From the NCBI GenBank assembly GCA_029261065.1, contig JAJDCB010000026.1, positions 18,715-82,714 of the forward strand: 64,000 bases of DNA. Reading direction: 5' to 3'. This document shows positions 33,525 through 41,737 of this stretch, in pieces. This DNA is from Candidatus Omnitrophota bacterium. GTDB taxonomy: Bacteria > Omnitrophota > Gorgyraeia > Zapsychrales > Zapsychraceae. Position numbers and translations under genes: made by a program. Within the stretch, counting starts at the first letter, position 1, and every line of letters begins with the position of its first letter. The notes under the pieces are model-generated. The model saw nothing but the letters and a program-made list of their open reading frames with translations, did not search any database and was not told the origin of the DNA.

Positions 33525-33607
33525 GGGCAAGTGGTGGAATGGCATACACGTTGGACTTAAAATCCAATGGCCGTAAGGCCGTGTGGGTTCGACTCCCACC
33601 TTGCCCA
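33525..33607 (+). tRNA. tRNA-Leu(TAA)
   Basis: GGGCAAGTGGTGGAATGGCATACACGTTGGACTTAAAATCCAA, long variable arm, GGTTCGACTCCCACCTTGCCCA. Confidence 0.96.
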
Positions 33608-33649
33608 TCCTTCTACGCTCAAATACTTCCGTGTTTGAGCTACGAAGGA
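33608..33649. repeat. Palindromic repeat, family A copy 3, abutting the tRNA-Leu 3' end
   Basis: TCCTTCTACGCTCAAA-TACTTCCGTG-TTTGAGCTACGAAGGA. Confidence 0.8.
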
Positions 33650-33728
33650 CAGGCCCTGCAAAGTTAAATATTTTAAGTATTTGATTTTGTAGGGTATCTT
33701 ACGTTTTATGAAAAGACTAAAAATTTTT

Positions 33729-33859
33729 GGGCCTATAACTCAGTTGGTTAGAGTATCACAATGACATTGTGAGAGTCCGAGGTTCTCCCGCCAATCTGGG
33801 TTTTTAATGATGTAGGCGGGACCCCGCATACCAGAAAAAGCAGAAATGCGGGGGAGCCC
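33729..33859 (+). pseudogene. Interrupted duplicate of tRNA-Val(GAC): 67-nt twin-hairpin insert in the T-loop, acceptor 3' strand missing
   Basis: 33729-33785 matches the intact copy except one G>A; insert at 33786-33852; GAGCCCT resumes at 33853-33859, then the sequence diverges. Confidence 0.85.
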
Positions 33860-33901
33860 TAAGATAAGTTAAAAGATTTTTTGATAAATATATACATTTA
33901 T

Positions 33902-33978
33902 GGGCCTATAGCTCAGTTGGTTAGAGTATCACAATGACATTGTGAGAGTCCGAGGTTCGAGCCCTCGTGGGCCCACCA
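33902..33978 (+). tRNA. tRNA-Val(GAC)
   Basis: GGGCCTATAGCTCAGTTGGTTAGAGTATCACAATGACATTGTGAG...GGTTCGAGCCCTCGTGGGCCCACCA; CCA encoded. Confidence 0.96.
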
Positions 33979-34002
33979 TTTTAGAAAAGAGGAGTTCTAC
34001 GG

Positions 34003-34304
34003 ATGAGTGAAGACAAGCACGACGAAACGGAAATAGAGGCTCTGCTGATAGCAAAGGACGTAGAAAAAAAACATAAGTTGTTTTAAGAGCCAGAAATAAA
34101 AAGTTAAAACTTGTTTTAATGTTAGAACCTTTTTTGGTTTTTGGCGTAATTTTTGCCGTTGTTGGTTTTGGAGAACATCTCGCTGTGGCTGCTGCCATTA
34201 TTTTTGTGATTTATGCCCGTATGTATGACCTGTCAAGCAAAGTTGATGCCCTTATTGATTTGTTGGGTGATGAAGAGTTAATAAAGAAAAAGCAAAACAA
34301 ATAA
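34003..34304 (+). pseudogene. Probable frameshifted ~100-aa membrane protein gene (includes ORF 34119..34304)
   Basis: GAGGAG RBS and ATG at 34003 give MSEDKHDETEIEALLIAKDVEKKHKLF*. One extra T in TTTT at 34081-34084 would join this to LRARNKKLKLVLMLEPFLVF...KVDALIDLL. Confidence 0.55.
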
Positions 34305-34308
34305 AGTT

Positions 34309-36039
34309 ATGGAATATAAAACAGATTTAGACAAATTAAGACACAGCTGCTCGCACGTCATGGCACAAGCGGTTAAGGAATTGTGGCCGGAGACGAAGGT
34401 GACGATTGGGCCGGCGATTGATAATGGGTTTTATTATGATTTCGATAAGGCCGATCCTTTTACAGATCTAGATTTGCGTAAGATTGAAAAGCGGATGAAG
34501 AAGATAATTGAGCGGAAACCAAAATTTCTTCATAGCACCATGGATCGCGATGAGGCGATTAAGCTATTTAAAGAAATGAAAGAAGATTATAAGATTGAGT
34601 TGATTGAAGGCTTGGGCGATGAGGAAATATCTATTTATAAAACAGGTGATGAGTTTTTAGACTTGTGTAAAGGTCCTCATATTGAGCATGCTGGAGAGAT
34701 TAAGGCTTTTAAGTTATTGTCGGTTGCTGGGTCCTATTGGCGAGGAGATGAGAAAAAAGCGCAGTTGCAACGAATTTATGGAACGGCATTTTTTTCTAAA
34801 GAAGAGTTAGATGATTTTTTACAAATAATGGAAGAAGCCAAAAAGAGAGATCATCGCAAATTAGGTGTTCAGCTTGACCTGTTTAATTTTTATCAAGAAT
34901 CCGCTGGGGCTGGACTTGTTTTTTATCATCCACCTGGAGCCTTACTACGAAAAATTATAGAAGATTATGTTAAAGAAAAACATTTAGAGTACGAATATGG
35001 TTTGGTTGTTACTCCTAACATTTTAAAGGGAAAACTTTGGGAAGAAAGTGGGCATTCGGAGCATTATCGGGAAAATATGTATTTTTTTGATGTTGATGGT
35101 GAGGAGTATGCTGTTAAACCGATGAATTGTCCGGGGCACATTTTAATTTATAAATCAAAAATTCGTTCTTATAGAGATTTACCTATCAAATATTTTGAAT
35201 TAGGAACTGTTTATCGTCAAGAAAAGACGGGCGTCCTGCACGGACTATTACGCGTAAGAGGATTCACCCAAGACGATGCGCATATTTTTTGTCGAGAAGA
35301 TCAAATTAAAAATGAAGTGATCAAGGTTATCAATTTTGTTTTTGAAGTCATGAAAGATTTTGGATTTAATGATATCAATATTGAATTAAGTACACGTCCG
35401 GAAAAATATATAGGAAGTTTGGAAGAATGGGATATCGCGACTAAGGCTTTGGAAGCTTCTTTAAAAGAGAAGGAAATGGTTTACGAAATTTATGATGGCG
35501 ACGGTGCTTTTTATGGGCCAAAAATTGATATTAAGCTAAAAGATGCCTTAAAACGAGAATGGCAATGTGCTACGATCCAATGCGACTTCTCTTTACCTGA
35601 AAGGTTTAAATTAAGTTACATTAATGAGGAAGGAACGGAGAGTCGGCCGATCATGATTCATAGGGCTATTTTAGGAAGCATGGAACGGTTTATCGGAACC
35701 CTTATAGAGCACTATGCTGGAGCCTTTCCGATGTGGCTGGCTCCCAGGCAGATCACAATTATCCCAATAAATGACGCACATAACGAATATGCAGCCCATG
35801 TAAAAGAATGTTTACAAAATGAGGGGTTGCGCGCTATAATTGACCAGCGAAACGAGAGCTTAAGTAAGCGAATTCGTGAGGGGACCGTTAGCAAGATTCC
35901 TTATTTGTTGATTATAGGTGACAAAGAGATTGCTGACAAAAAGGTTAGTGTACGAAAATATGGCCAAGGAGACGTAGGGTCTCTCTTAGCAGAGGAATTT
36001 GTTGCTAAGGCAAAAGAAGAAACGGCCAATAAAACTTAA
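34309..36039 (+). CDS. thrS: Threonine-tRNA ligase (no N-terminal TGS domain)
   Basis: LRHSCSH, DLCKGPH, RDHRKLG, KPMNCPGH, RVRGFTQDDAH, MIHRA. Confidence 0.98.
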   Translation: MEYKTDLDKLRHSCSHVMAQAVKELWPETKVTIGPAIDNGFYYDFDKADPFTDLDLRKIEKRMKKIIERKPKFLHSTMDRDEAIKLFKEMKEDYKIELIEGLGDEEISIYKTGDEFLDLCKGPHIEHAGEIKAFKLLSVAGSYWRGDEKKAQLQRIYGTAFFSKEELDDFLQIMEEAKKRDHRKLGVQLDLFNFYQESAGAGLVFYHPPGALLRKIIEDYVKEKHLEYEYGLVVTPNILKGKLWEESGHSEHYRENMYFFDVDGEEYAVKPMNCPGHILIYKSKIRSYRDLPIKYFELGTVYRQEKTGVLHGLLRVRGFTQDDAHIFCREDQIKNEVIKVINFVFEVMKDFGFNDINIELSTRPEKYIGSLEEWDIATKALEASLKEKEMVYEIYDGDGAFYGPKIDIKLKDALKREWQCATIQCDFSLPERFKLSYINEEGTESRPIMIHRAILGSMERFIGTLIEHYAGAFPMWLAPRQITIIPINDAHNEYAAHVKECLQNEGLRAIIDQRNESLSKRIREGTVSKIPYLLIIGDKEIADKKVSVRKYGQGDVGSLLAEEFVAKAKEETANKT

Positions 36040-36054
36040 ATCAGGAGGTGCTTT

Positions 36055-36570
36055 ATTCAGAAGTTCATTCGAATCAATCAACGCATTAAGGCCCCAGAAG
36101 TTAGGGTTATAGGTCCGGAAGCAGAACAGTTAGGAGTGGTCCTTCTTAAAAGGGCTTTGGATCTTGCCAAGGAACACGAACTTGATTTGGTTGAAATTGC
36201 ACCCACGGCAAAACCTCCGGTTTGTCGGATCATGGATTACAGCAAATATAAGTACGACCAAGAGAAAAAAGAGCGGCGTGTTAAACGTAATCAGAAGGTT
36301 ACACAATTAAAACAATTACGTTTAAAACCTCATATTGATGGTAACGACTATCAAATCAAATTGCGACAAGCAATTGGGTTTTTAGAAAATAAAGATAAGG
36401 TCAAAGTTAACATGATGTTTAAAGGGCGCGAAATGTTGCATAAGGAGCTTGGACGAAATATTTTGGAACAAATGATTGTTGATTCAAAAGAATTTGGACA
36501 ACCAGAAAAATCTCCTTCCATGGAAGGCCGCGTTATGTCGATTGTGCTGGCTCCGATAAGTGCAAAGTAA
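36055..36570 (+). CDS. infC: Translation initiation factor IF-3, ATT start
   Basis: AGGAGGTG-CTTT-ATT at 36055, in frame with the track ORF; adds QKFIRINQRIKAPEVRVIG; LDLVEIAP..KPPVCRIMDY. Confidence 0.95.
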   Translation: MQKFIRINQRIKAPEVRVIGPEAEQLGVVLLKRALDLAKEHELDLVEIAPTAKPPVCRIMDYSKYKYDQEKKERRVKRNQKVTQLKQLRLKPHIDGNDYQIKLRQAIGFLENKDKVKVNMMFKGREMLHKELGRNILEQMIVDSKEFGQPEKSPSMEGRVMSIVLAPISAK

Positions 36571-36658
36571 AGAAACGATTTTTTTAAACACAGGTCTCTA
36601 GATGCTTTTTGCGATAGAGGAAAAGAAGAAACGGTAACGGCTAGAAAGGACACTTAAG

Positions 36659-36856
36659 ATGCCTAAATTAAAAACAAATAGATCAGCTGCCAAGCGCTTT
36701 AAAATTACAAAAAGTGGTAAGCTAAAAAAAAGAAGTGCACGACGAGGTCATATATTGAGTAAAATGACACGCAAAGCAAAAAGAAAATTGCGGTCAAGTA
36801 GTTATGTCTCTGATGCAGATGCAAAGAAGATAAGGAGGTTGTTGCCTTATGGTTAG
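36659..36856 (+). CDS. rpmI: 50S ribosomal protein L35
   Basis: MPKLKTNRSAAKRFKITKSGK. Confidence 0.97.
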   Translation: MPKLKTNRSAAKRFKITKSGKLKKRSARRGHILSKMTRKAKRKLRSSSYVSDADAKKIRRLLPYG

Positions 36857-37217
36857 AATTAGAGGTGCCATGGCGGCACAAAAAAGAAAAAAAAGAATCC
36901 TTAAAGATGCAAAGGGACAGTTTGGACACAGAAGCACGCGGTATCGCCAAGCAATACGTTCAGTTGTTAAGGGTTTAGCTTATCAATTTCGCGACCGAAA
37001 AGTAAAAAAACGTGAATTCCGACGTCTTTGGATTATTCGTATTAATGCGGCTTGTCAAGAGCAGGGAATAAATTATAGTCGGTTTATAAATGGTTTAGCT
37101 AAAGCGGAAGTTGGAATCGACCGGAAAATGTTAGCGGACTTAGCTATACATTCCCCCGAAGTTTTTAACAAACTCGTTGAGGTATCCAAGGAAGCACAAA
37201 CAGAAAAAGCAAAATAA
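36849..37217 (+). CDS. rplT: 50S ribosomal protein L20
   Basis: RDRKVKKREFRRLWIIRINAA, YSRFINGL, IDRKMLADLA. Confidence 0.97.
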   Translation: MVRIRGAMAAQKRKKRILKDAKGQFGHRSTRYRQAIRSVVKGLAYQFRDRKVKKREFRRLWIIRINAACQEQGINYSRFINGLAKAEVGIDRKMLADLAIHSPEVFNKLVEVSKEAQTEKAK

Positions 37218-37253
37218 TTTTGTTTCACATTATTATTTGTAGTTATAAATGGT

Positions 37254-37288
37254 ATAGGGCCCTAATTTTAGGGCCCTGTTTATTTTTG
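37254..37288 (+). terminator. Intrinsic terminator after rplT
   Basis: ATAGGGCCCTA-ATTT-TAGGGCCCTGT followed by a T-rich tract. Confidence 0.8.
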
Positions 37289-37332
37289 GATTCCTTCTTT
37301 TACATAAAAGATAACTAGTATAAAATGTCACT

Positions 37333-38679
37333 ATGAAAATTATAATTGTTGGTGCGGGACGTATTGGAAAAAATTTGGCAAGAGCTTTATCTGATGAAGA
37401 TAACGAGGTGTATCTTATAGAAAAAAATGAAGATATAGGACGCAAGATTGCCGATAAACTTGATATAAAAGTTATTGTGGGCAATGGCGCCGATCCCGAC
37501 ACTCTTCATAAAGCCTCCATTGAGGAAGCTGATTTAGTTTTGGCTGTTACAACCTCAGATGAAACAAACCTTGTTGTATGTTCCTTGGCTGCAATGCTGG
37601 GAGCAAAACGACGCATTGCGCGCGTTCGTAATACAGCGCTTAGTACGATATTACAGTTTTCTGAAGATAATATTTTCAAAATAGATGAAATTATTAATCC
37701 TGAGTTAGTCGCGGCACAAACCATTGTTAAAACCATCGAAACTCCAGGGGCAAGTGAGGTCGCCGATTTTGCTGATGGACGGTTACTCCTAAGGGGTTTT
37801 GACATTTCTGAAACCTCTTCGATGTGTGGTATGAAAATGGTTGATTTTAGCGACGAAGATTTTCCATGGCCTTTTTTGATTGTCTCTATTGTACGAAATG
37901 AAACAGTCTTAATACCCAAAGGTGACACATCTATTGAAGCCGGCGATCTTATTTATGCTCTTCTTCCAGACCAATCGTTGGCAGAATTCCTATCCTTTGT
38001 AGATCCCAAAGTTAAAAAAGCAAAAAAAGTTGTTATTTATGGAGCGACGATTATTGGTAAAGAAGTAGCTCGTTCGCTTTCTAAAAAGATGAGAGATATC
38101 ATTTTATTAGAAGAAGATCCGGAAAAAGCACGAGAGGTTGCTGGTGAACTTACAGATGTCCGTGTCATTAATGGTTCTCCATCAGATACAGAAATTATGA
38201 TTGAATGTGGGATGGAGGCAACAGATGCCTTTATTGCCACCTCCGATAATGATCATTCAAATCTTATTAGCGCTGTGTTGGCTAAAAAACTAGGAGCAAC
38301 AGAGACGATTATTTCAACGGAACAGCCCGATTATTTAGCTATAGTTCACGATTTAGATATAGATGCCATTGTTAATCCTCATCATGCTGCCGTTGAACAA
38401 ATTTTACATTTGGTTCGAGGAAAAGGCATTAACACCGTTGCCCGAATGTTAGAGTGCGATGCCGAGGCCTTGGAATTTGTTACGGAAGAAGAGTCCCCAA
38501 TTACAAAAGACGTGTTAAAAAATTTAAAATTTCCAAAACATTGTATTGTCGGAGCTGTTTACGGGAGTGATGGCCTTTCTTTAGCTAATGGGGAGACTCA
38601 CGTTAAGGTTGGAGATAAGGTGATTGCTTTTTGTCAACAATCCGAAATAAAGAAGTTTCAAAAAATGTTTTCACGCTAG
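37333..38679 (+). CDS. trkA: Trk potassium transporter NAD-binding subunit
   Basis: IIVGAGRIG, AVTTSDETN, IINPE; two RCK units. Confidence 0.93.
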   Translation: MKIIIVGAGRIGKNLARALSDEDNEVYLIEKNEDIGRKIADKLDIKVIVGNGADPDTLHKASIEEADLVLAVTTSDETNLVVCSLAAMLGAKRRIARVRNTALSTILQFSEDNIFKIDEIINPELVAAQTIVKTIETPGASEVADFADGRLLLRGFDISETSSMCGMKMVDFSDEDFPWPFLIVSIVRNETVLIPKGDTSIEAGDLIYALLPDQSLAEFLSFVDPKVKKAKKVVIYGATIIGKEVARSLSKKMRDIILLEEDPEKAREVAGELTDVRVINGSPSDTEIMIECGMEATDAFIATSDNDHSNLISAVLAKKLGATETIISTEQPDYLAIVHDLDIDAIVNPHHAAVEQILHLVRGKGINTVARMLECDAEALEFVTEEESPITKDVLKNLKFPKHCIVGAVYGSDGLSLANGETHVKVGDKVIAFCQQSEIKKFQKMFSR

Positions 38680-38705
38680 AACACCTCACCAAAAAATATT
38701 AAGAT

Positions 38706-40160
38706 ATGCATAAAAGATTTGTCGTCAACATTATTTCTCGCGTTTTATTGTTTGTCTGCTTTATCATGCTCATTCCTCTTGGTTGGGCCATGTCAGATGA
38801 CATCCATCATCCAGAAGTTAATGCGTTTATCCTTACAATCATCATTGGTACCATTATTTCAACAGTTTGTTTATGGAATCTTCGTATCAAAAAAGGGGAT
38901 TATAAAAAGCTAAACACAAAAGATGGACTGGCCATTGTGGGAATTTCATGGATTGTTCTATCTCTGTTTGGTGCTTTGCCTCTTTATTTTAGCGGAGTTG
39001 TAAATGGATATACAGATGCCTTTTTTGAAATTGCTAGTGGATTTACGACGACAGGGGCAACGATTTTTGAGGATATTGAAGCCCTACCTCATGGGATCCT
39101 CTTTTGGAGAAGTTTGACGCATTGGTTAGGAGGCATGGGTATTATTGTTCTCTATATTGCGTTATTGCCGGCTTTAGGTGGAAACGCATCTCAACTATAT
39201 AAGGCTGAGGTCCCCGGTTTATCTGTTGAAAGAATTGAGCCTCGCATTAAGGAAACGGCGAAACATTTATGGGGTATTTATTTTTTCCTATCCCTTATGG
39301 AAACAATTCTCCTTATGGCTGGGGGAATGCCCATTTTTGACGCGTTATGTCATACTTTTTCAACGATGGCAACGGGAGGTTTTTCAACAAAAAATGCAAG
39401 TATAGGAGCGTATAGTCCCTATATTCAATGGGTCATTACAGTCTTTATGTTTTTTGCTGGAATGAATTTTATTTTGCATTATCAACTGTCTCGAGGAAAG
39501 CTTAAGGCTATTATTCGAAATGAAGAATTTAAAATTTATTTTTTTGCAGCGATTATTGTGTCAACGTTGTTCGGCTTTCTCCTTAGCCGACTTGAGATGA
39601 GTGAAAGCCCTTTTAGAGATGCCTTCTTTCAGGTAATCTCAATTTTGACAACGACAGGATTTGGAACAACAGACTTTGAGGCGTGGCCATATTTATTACA
39701 ATTTATTTTGGTTTTGATGATGTTTGTGGGTGGTTGTGGAGGTTCAACGGGTGGTGGCATGAAAATTGTTAGGGTTTATTTATCTGTAAAAATTGGATTA
39801 AGTTCTATTTTCCAGGTCTTGTTTCCAAACGCCGTTATTCCGATTAAGTTTAATAAAAAGCCTATACCTGATAAATTGGTCATGACGGTCATGTCGTATT
39901 TTGTTTTATACATCCACCTTTTTTTCGTAGGTACGATTCTGTTTCTTATCCTTGAATCTTGTGATATTATAACGGCCTTGACTGCTTCTGTTTCAGCCAT
40001 TAGTAATATCGGTCCAGGACTTGGACAAATCGGACCGACGGACAATTTTGCCTGGGTTTCAGCCCCGGGTAAATGGTTATTAACATTTTTGATGCTTGCC
40101 GGACGCCTTGAGTTTTACGCCATTATGATGTTGTTTGTTCCCTCTGCATGGAGGAAGTAA
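38706..40160 (+). CDS. trkH: Trk potassium uptake membrane subunit
   Basis: SGFTTTGAT, WLGGMGII, ATGGFS, TTTGF, GGCGGSTGGG.K, NIGPG, AGRLE. Confidence 0.95.
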   Translation: MHKRFVVNIISRVLLFVCFIMLIPLGWAMSDDIHHPEVNAFILTIIIGTIISTVCLWNLRIKKGDYKKLNTKDGLAIVGISWIVLSLFGALPLYFSGVVNGYTDAFFEIASGFTTTGATIFEDIEALPHGILFWRSLTHWLGGMGIIVLYIALLPALGGNASQLYKAEVPGLSVERIEPRIKETAKHLWGIYFFLSLMETILLMAGGMPIFDALCHTFSTMATGGFSTKNASIGAYSPYIQWVITVFMFFAGMNFILHYQLSRGKLKAIIRNEEFKIYFFAAIIVSTLFGFLLSRLEMSESPFRDAFFQVISILTTTGFGTTDFEAWPYLLQFILVLMMFVGGCGGSTGGGMKIVRVYLSVKIGLSSIFQVLFPNAVIPIKFNKKPIPDKLVMTVMSYFVLYIHLFFVGTILFLILESCDIITALTASVSAISNIGPGLGQIGPTDNFAWVSAPGKWLLTFLMLAGRLEFYAIMMLFVPSAWRK

Positions 40161-40181
40161 TTTTAGCCCTAGGAGAAAGAA

Positions 40182-41192
40182 GTGACGTGGAATTTTTCAG
40201 AAATTAATCAAGATGTTGATAAGGATATCGAAAGCGTTGTTGATCAGAAAACGTTAGAAGACTTTCGAATTAAATATCTTGGTCGTAAGGGGTTGGTTCA
40301 AAAAATCTTTGCCTCTCTTGGTACCCTTTCAAAGGAAGAGAAACCGATTGTCGGTAAAGATTCAAATATATTAAAGAATCGTTTATCCTCGTTGCTGGAG
40401 CAAAAGCAAAAAGAGATTGCAAATAAAAAAAGCAACGCTGGCAAAACCAAACTGGATGTAAGTCTACCAGGAGTTTCTTTTGCTTCCGGTCACACACACT
40501 TAATTTCACAAACTATTGAAGAGATTTGCGATATTTTTGAAAAATTGGGCTTCATTGTTGAAGAAGGGCCGGAAATCGAAACAGAGCATTATAATTTTTC
40601 AGCCCTTAATATACCTGCCAATCACCCCTCGAGAGATGGATTCGACACTTTTTATCTTAACGCCCCTGATCCAAAAGAAAAAGGAGTTAATCTGTTATTA
40701 CGCAGTCATACTTCTCCGGGACAAATTAGAATCATGGAAGAGCATAAACCACCGTTGGCTGTGATTATCCCTGGAAAGGTTTATCGTCCAGACGCCGTTG
40801 ATGCTAGTCACTCCTTTATGTTCCATCAAATCGAAGGGCTGTTAATTGATAAAGACATCAAATTTTCGCATCTTAAAGGACTTTTAAGTGCCTTTTGCAA
40901 ACGTCTTTTTGGTGATAAAATAGAAATGAGATTTCGACCTCATTTTTTTCCCTTCACAGAGCCTTCAGCCGAAGTTGACATCTCCTGGGCTCAAGGAAAA
41001 AAAACGTGGTTGGAAATTATGGGTTGCGGTTTGGTTCATCCAGCTGTTTTTAAGGCCGCAGGATACCCTAAGGGAAAGTATACAGGGTTGGCTTTTGGTT
41101 TGGGTGTTGAAAGAATTGCGATGTTAAAGTACGGCATTAAAGACATAAGAACTTTTTATGAAAATGATGATAGGTTTTTAAAACAATTTTAA
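40182..41192 (+). CDS. pheS: Phenylalanine-tRNA ligase alpha subunit
   Basis: NFSALNIP..HPSR, LLRSHTSP, FHQIEG, FPFTEPS, FGLGVER. Confidence 0.98.
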   Translation: MTWNFSEINQDVDKDIESVVDQKTLEDFRIKYLGRKGLVQKIFASLGTLSKEEKPIVGKDSNILKNRLSSLLEQKQKEIANKKSNAGKTKLDVSLPGVSFASGHTHLISQTIEEICDIFEKLGFIVEEGPEIETEHYNFSALNIPANHPSRDGFDTFYLNAPDPKEKGVNLLLRSHTSPGQIRIMEEHKPPLAVIIPGKVYRPDAVDASHSFMFHQIEGLLIDKDIKFSHLKGLLSAFCKRLFGDKIEMRFRPHFFPFTEPSAEVDISWAQGKKTWLEIMGCGLVHPAVFKAAGYPKGKYTGLAFGLGVERIAMLKYGIKDIRTFYENDDRFLKQF

Positions 41193-41230
41193 TTTAGGAA
41201 TTTCGAAGCTTTAGCGAAATTCCAGATTGG
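41192..41230. repeat. Family B REP-like palindrome, copy 2
   Basis: ATTTAGGAATTTCGAAGCTTTAGCGAAATTCCAGATTGG directly after the pheS stop. Confidence 0.9.
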
Positions 41231-41245
41231 CGGATACCTTTGATT

Positions 41246-41737
41246 ATGAAAAATTTAATAAGATTATTAGTGTTAGTCGTATTTTTGGGGTCTTTTACAA
41301 GCGTCGTAGAGGCAAAAAGAGATAATGCCGAATATGAACAATTGGCCGAAAAAATAATTGATCGTGTAAAGGGTCTAAGAAAATATTATATTCATCTTGC
41401 TAAGATAGATGAGGGTGGAGAAATAGTAAAGAGAGACGACACATTTTGGATTGTTTTTAAGTACGAATACGGGACGAAATGGATTTCAAATCCAGAGTAC
41501 GATGTTTTTAAGTACAATGAAGATAGAGTAAGAGCCTTTGACAGGAATAAGGGAATTTATGTGCGCCTAGATTTTTTTAAAGGTCCATGGCTGGGAGACC
41601 CTAAGCTTCATCTAAGAAGCATTGAGGAGCTTAACATTACTGTTACCGTAGAAGGGCGTGATAAAGAAAGCATAAACAGGATTCGGCAAACGATATACGA
41701 CATCATTGCAGAAGAAAGGAAACTTATTAAACAATGA
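41246..41737 (+). CDS. Hypothetical exported protein inserted between pheS and pheT
   Basis: Signal peptide MKNLIRLLVLVVFLGSFTSVVEA; stop overlaps the pheT ATG (ATGA); alternative TTG start at 41240. Confidence 0.75.
   Translation: MKNLIRLLVLVVFLGSFTSVVEAKRDNAEYEQLAEKIIDRVKGLRKYYIHLAKIDEGGEIVKRDDTFWIVFKYEYGTKWISNPEYDVFKYNEDRVRAFDRNKGIYVRLDFFKGPWLGDPKLHLRSIEELNITVTVEGRDKESINRIRQTIYDIIAEERKLIKQ

Noticed and set aside
33164-33649. Family A repeats as a CRISPR array
   Set aside because: Irregular spacing, mixed orientation, a tRNA between copies, and no cas genes.
33786-33852. Insert as a self-splicing tRNA intron
   Set aside because: Far too short for a group I or II intron, and the 3' acceptor strand is missing, so splicing would not restore a tRNA.
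33979-34308. T-box leader for thrS
   Set aside because: No T-box consensus or terminator; the region looks protein-coding.
36055-36057. ATT start codon of infC as a novelty
   Set aside because: Well-known IF3 autoregulation; recorded as a feature only.
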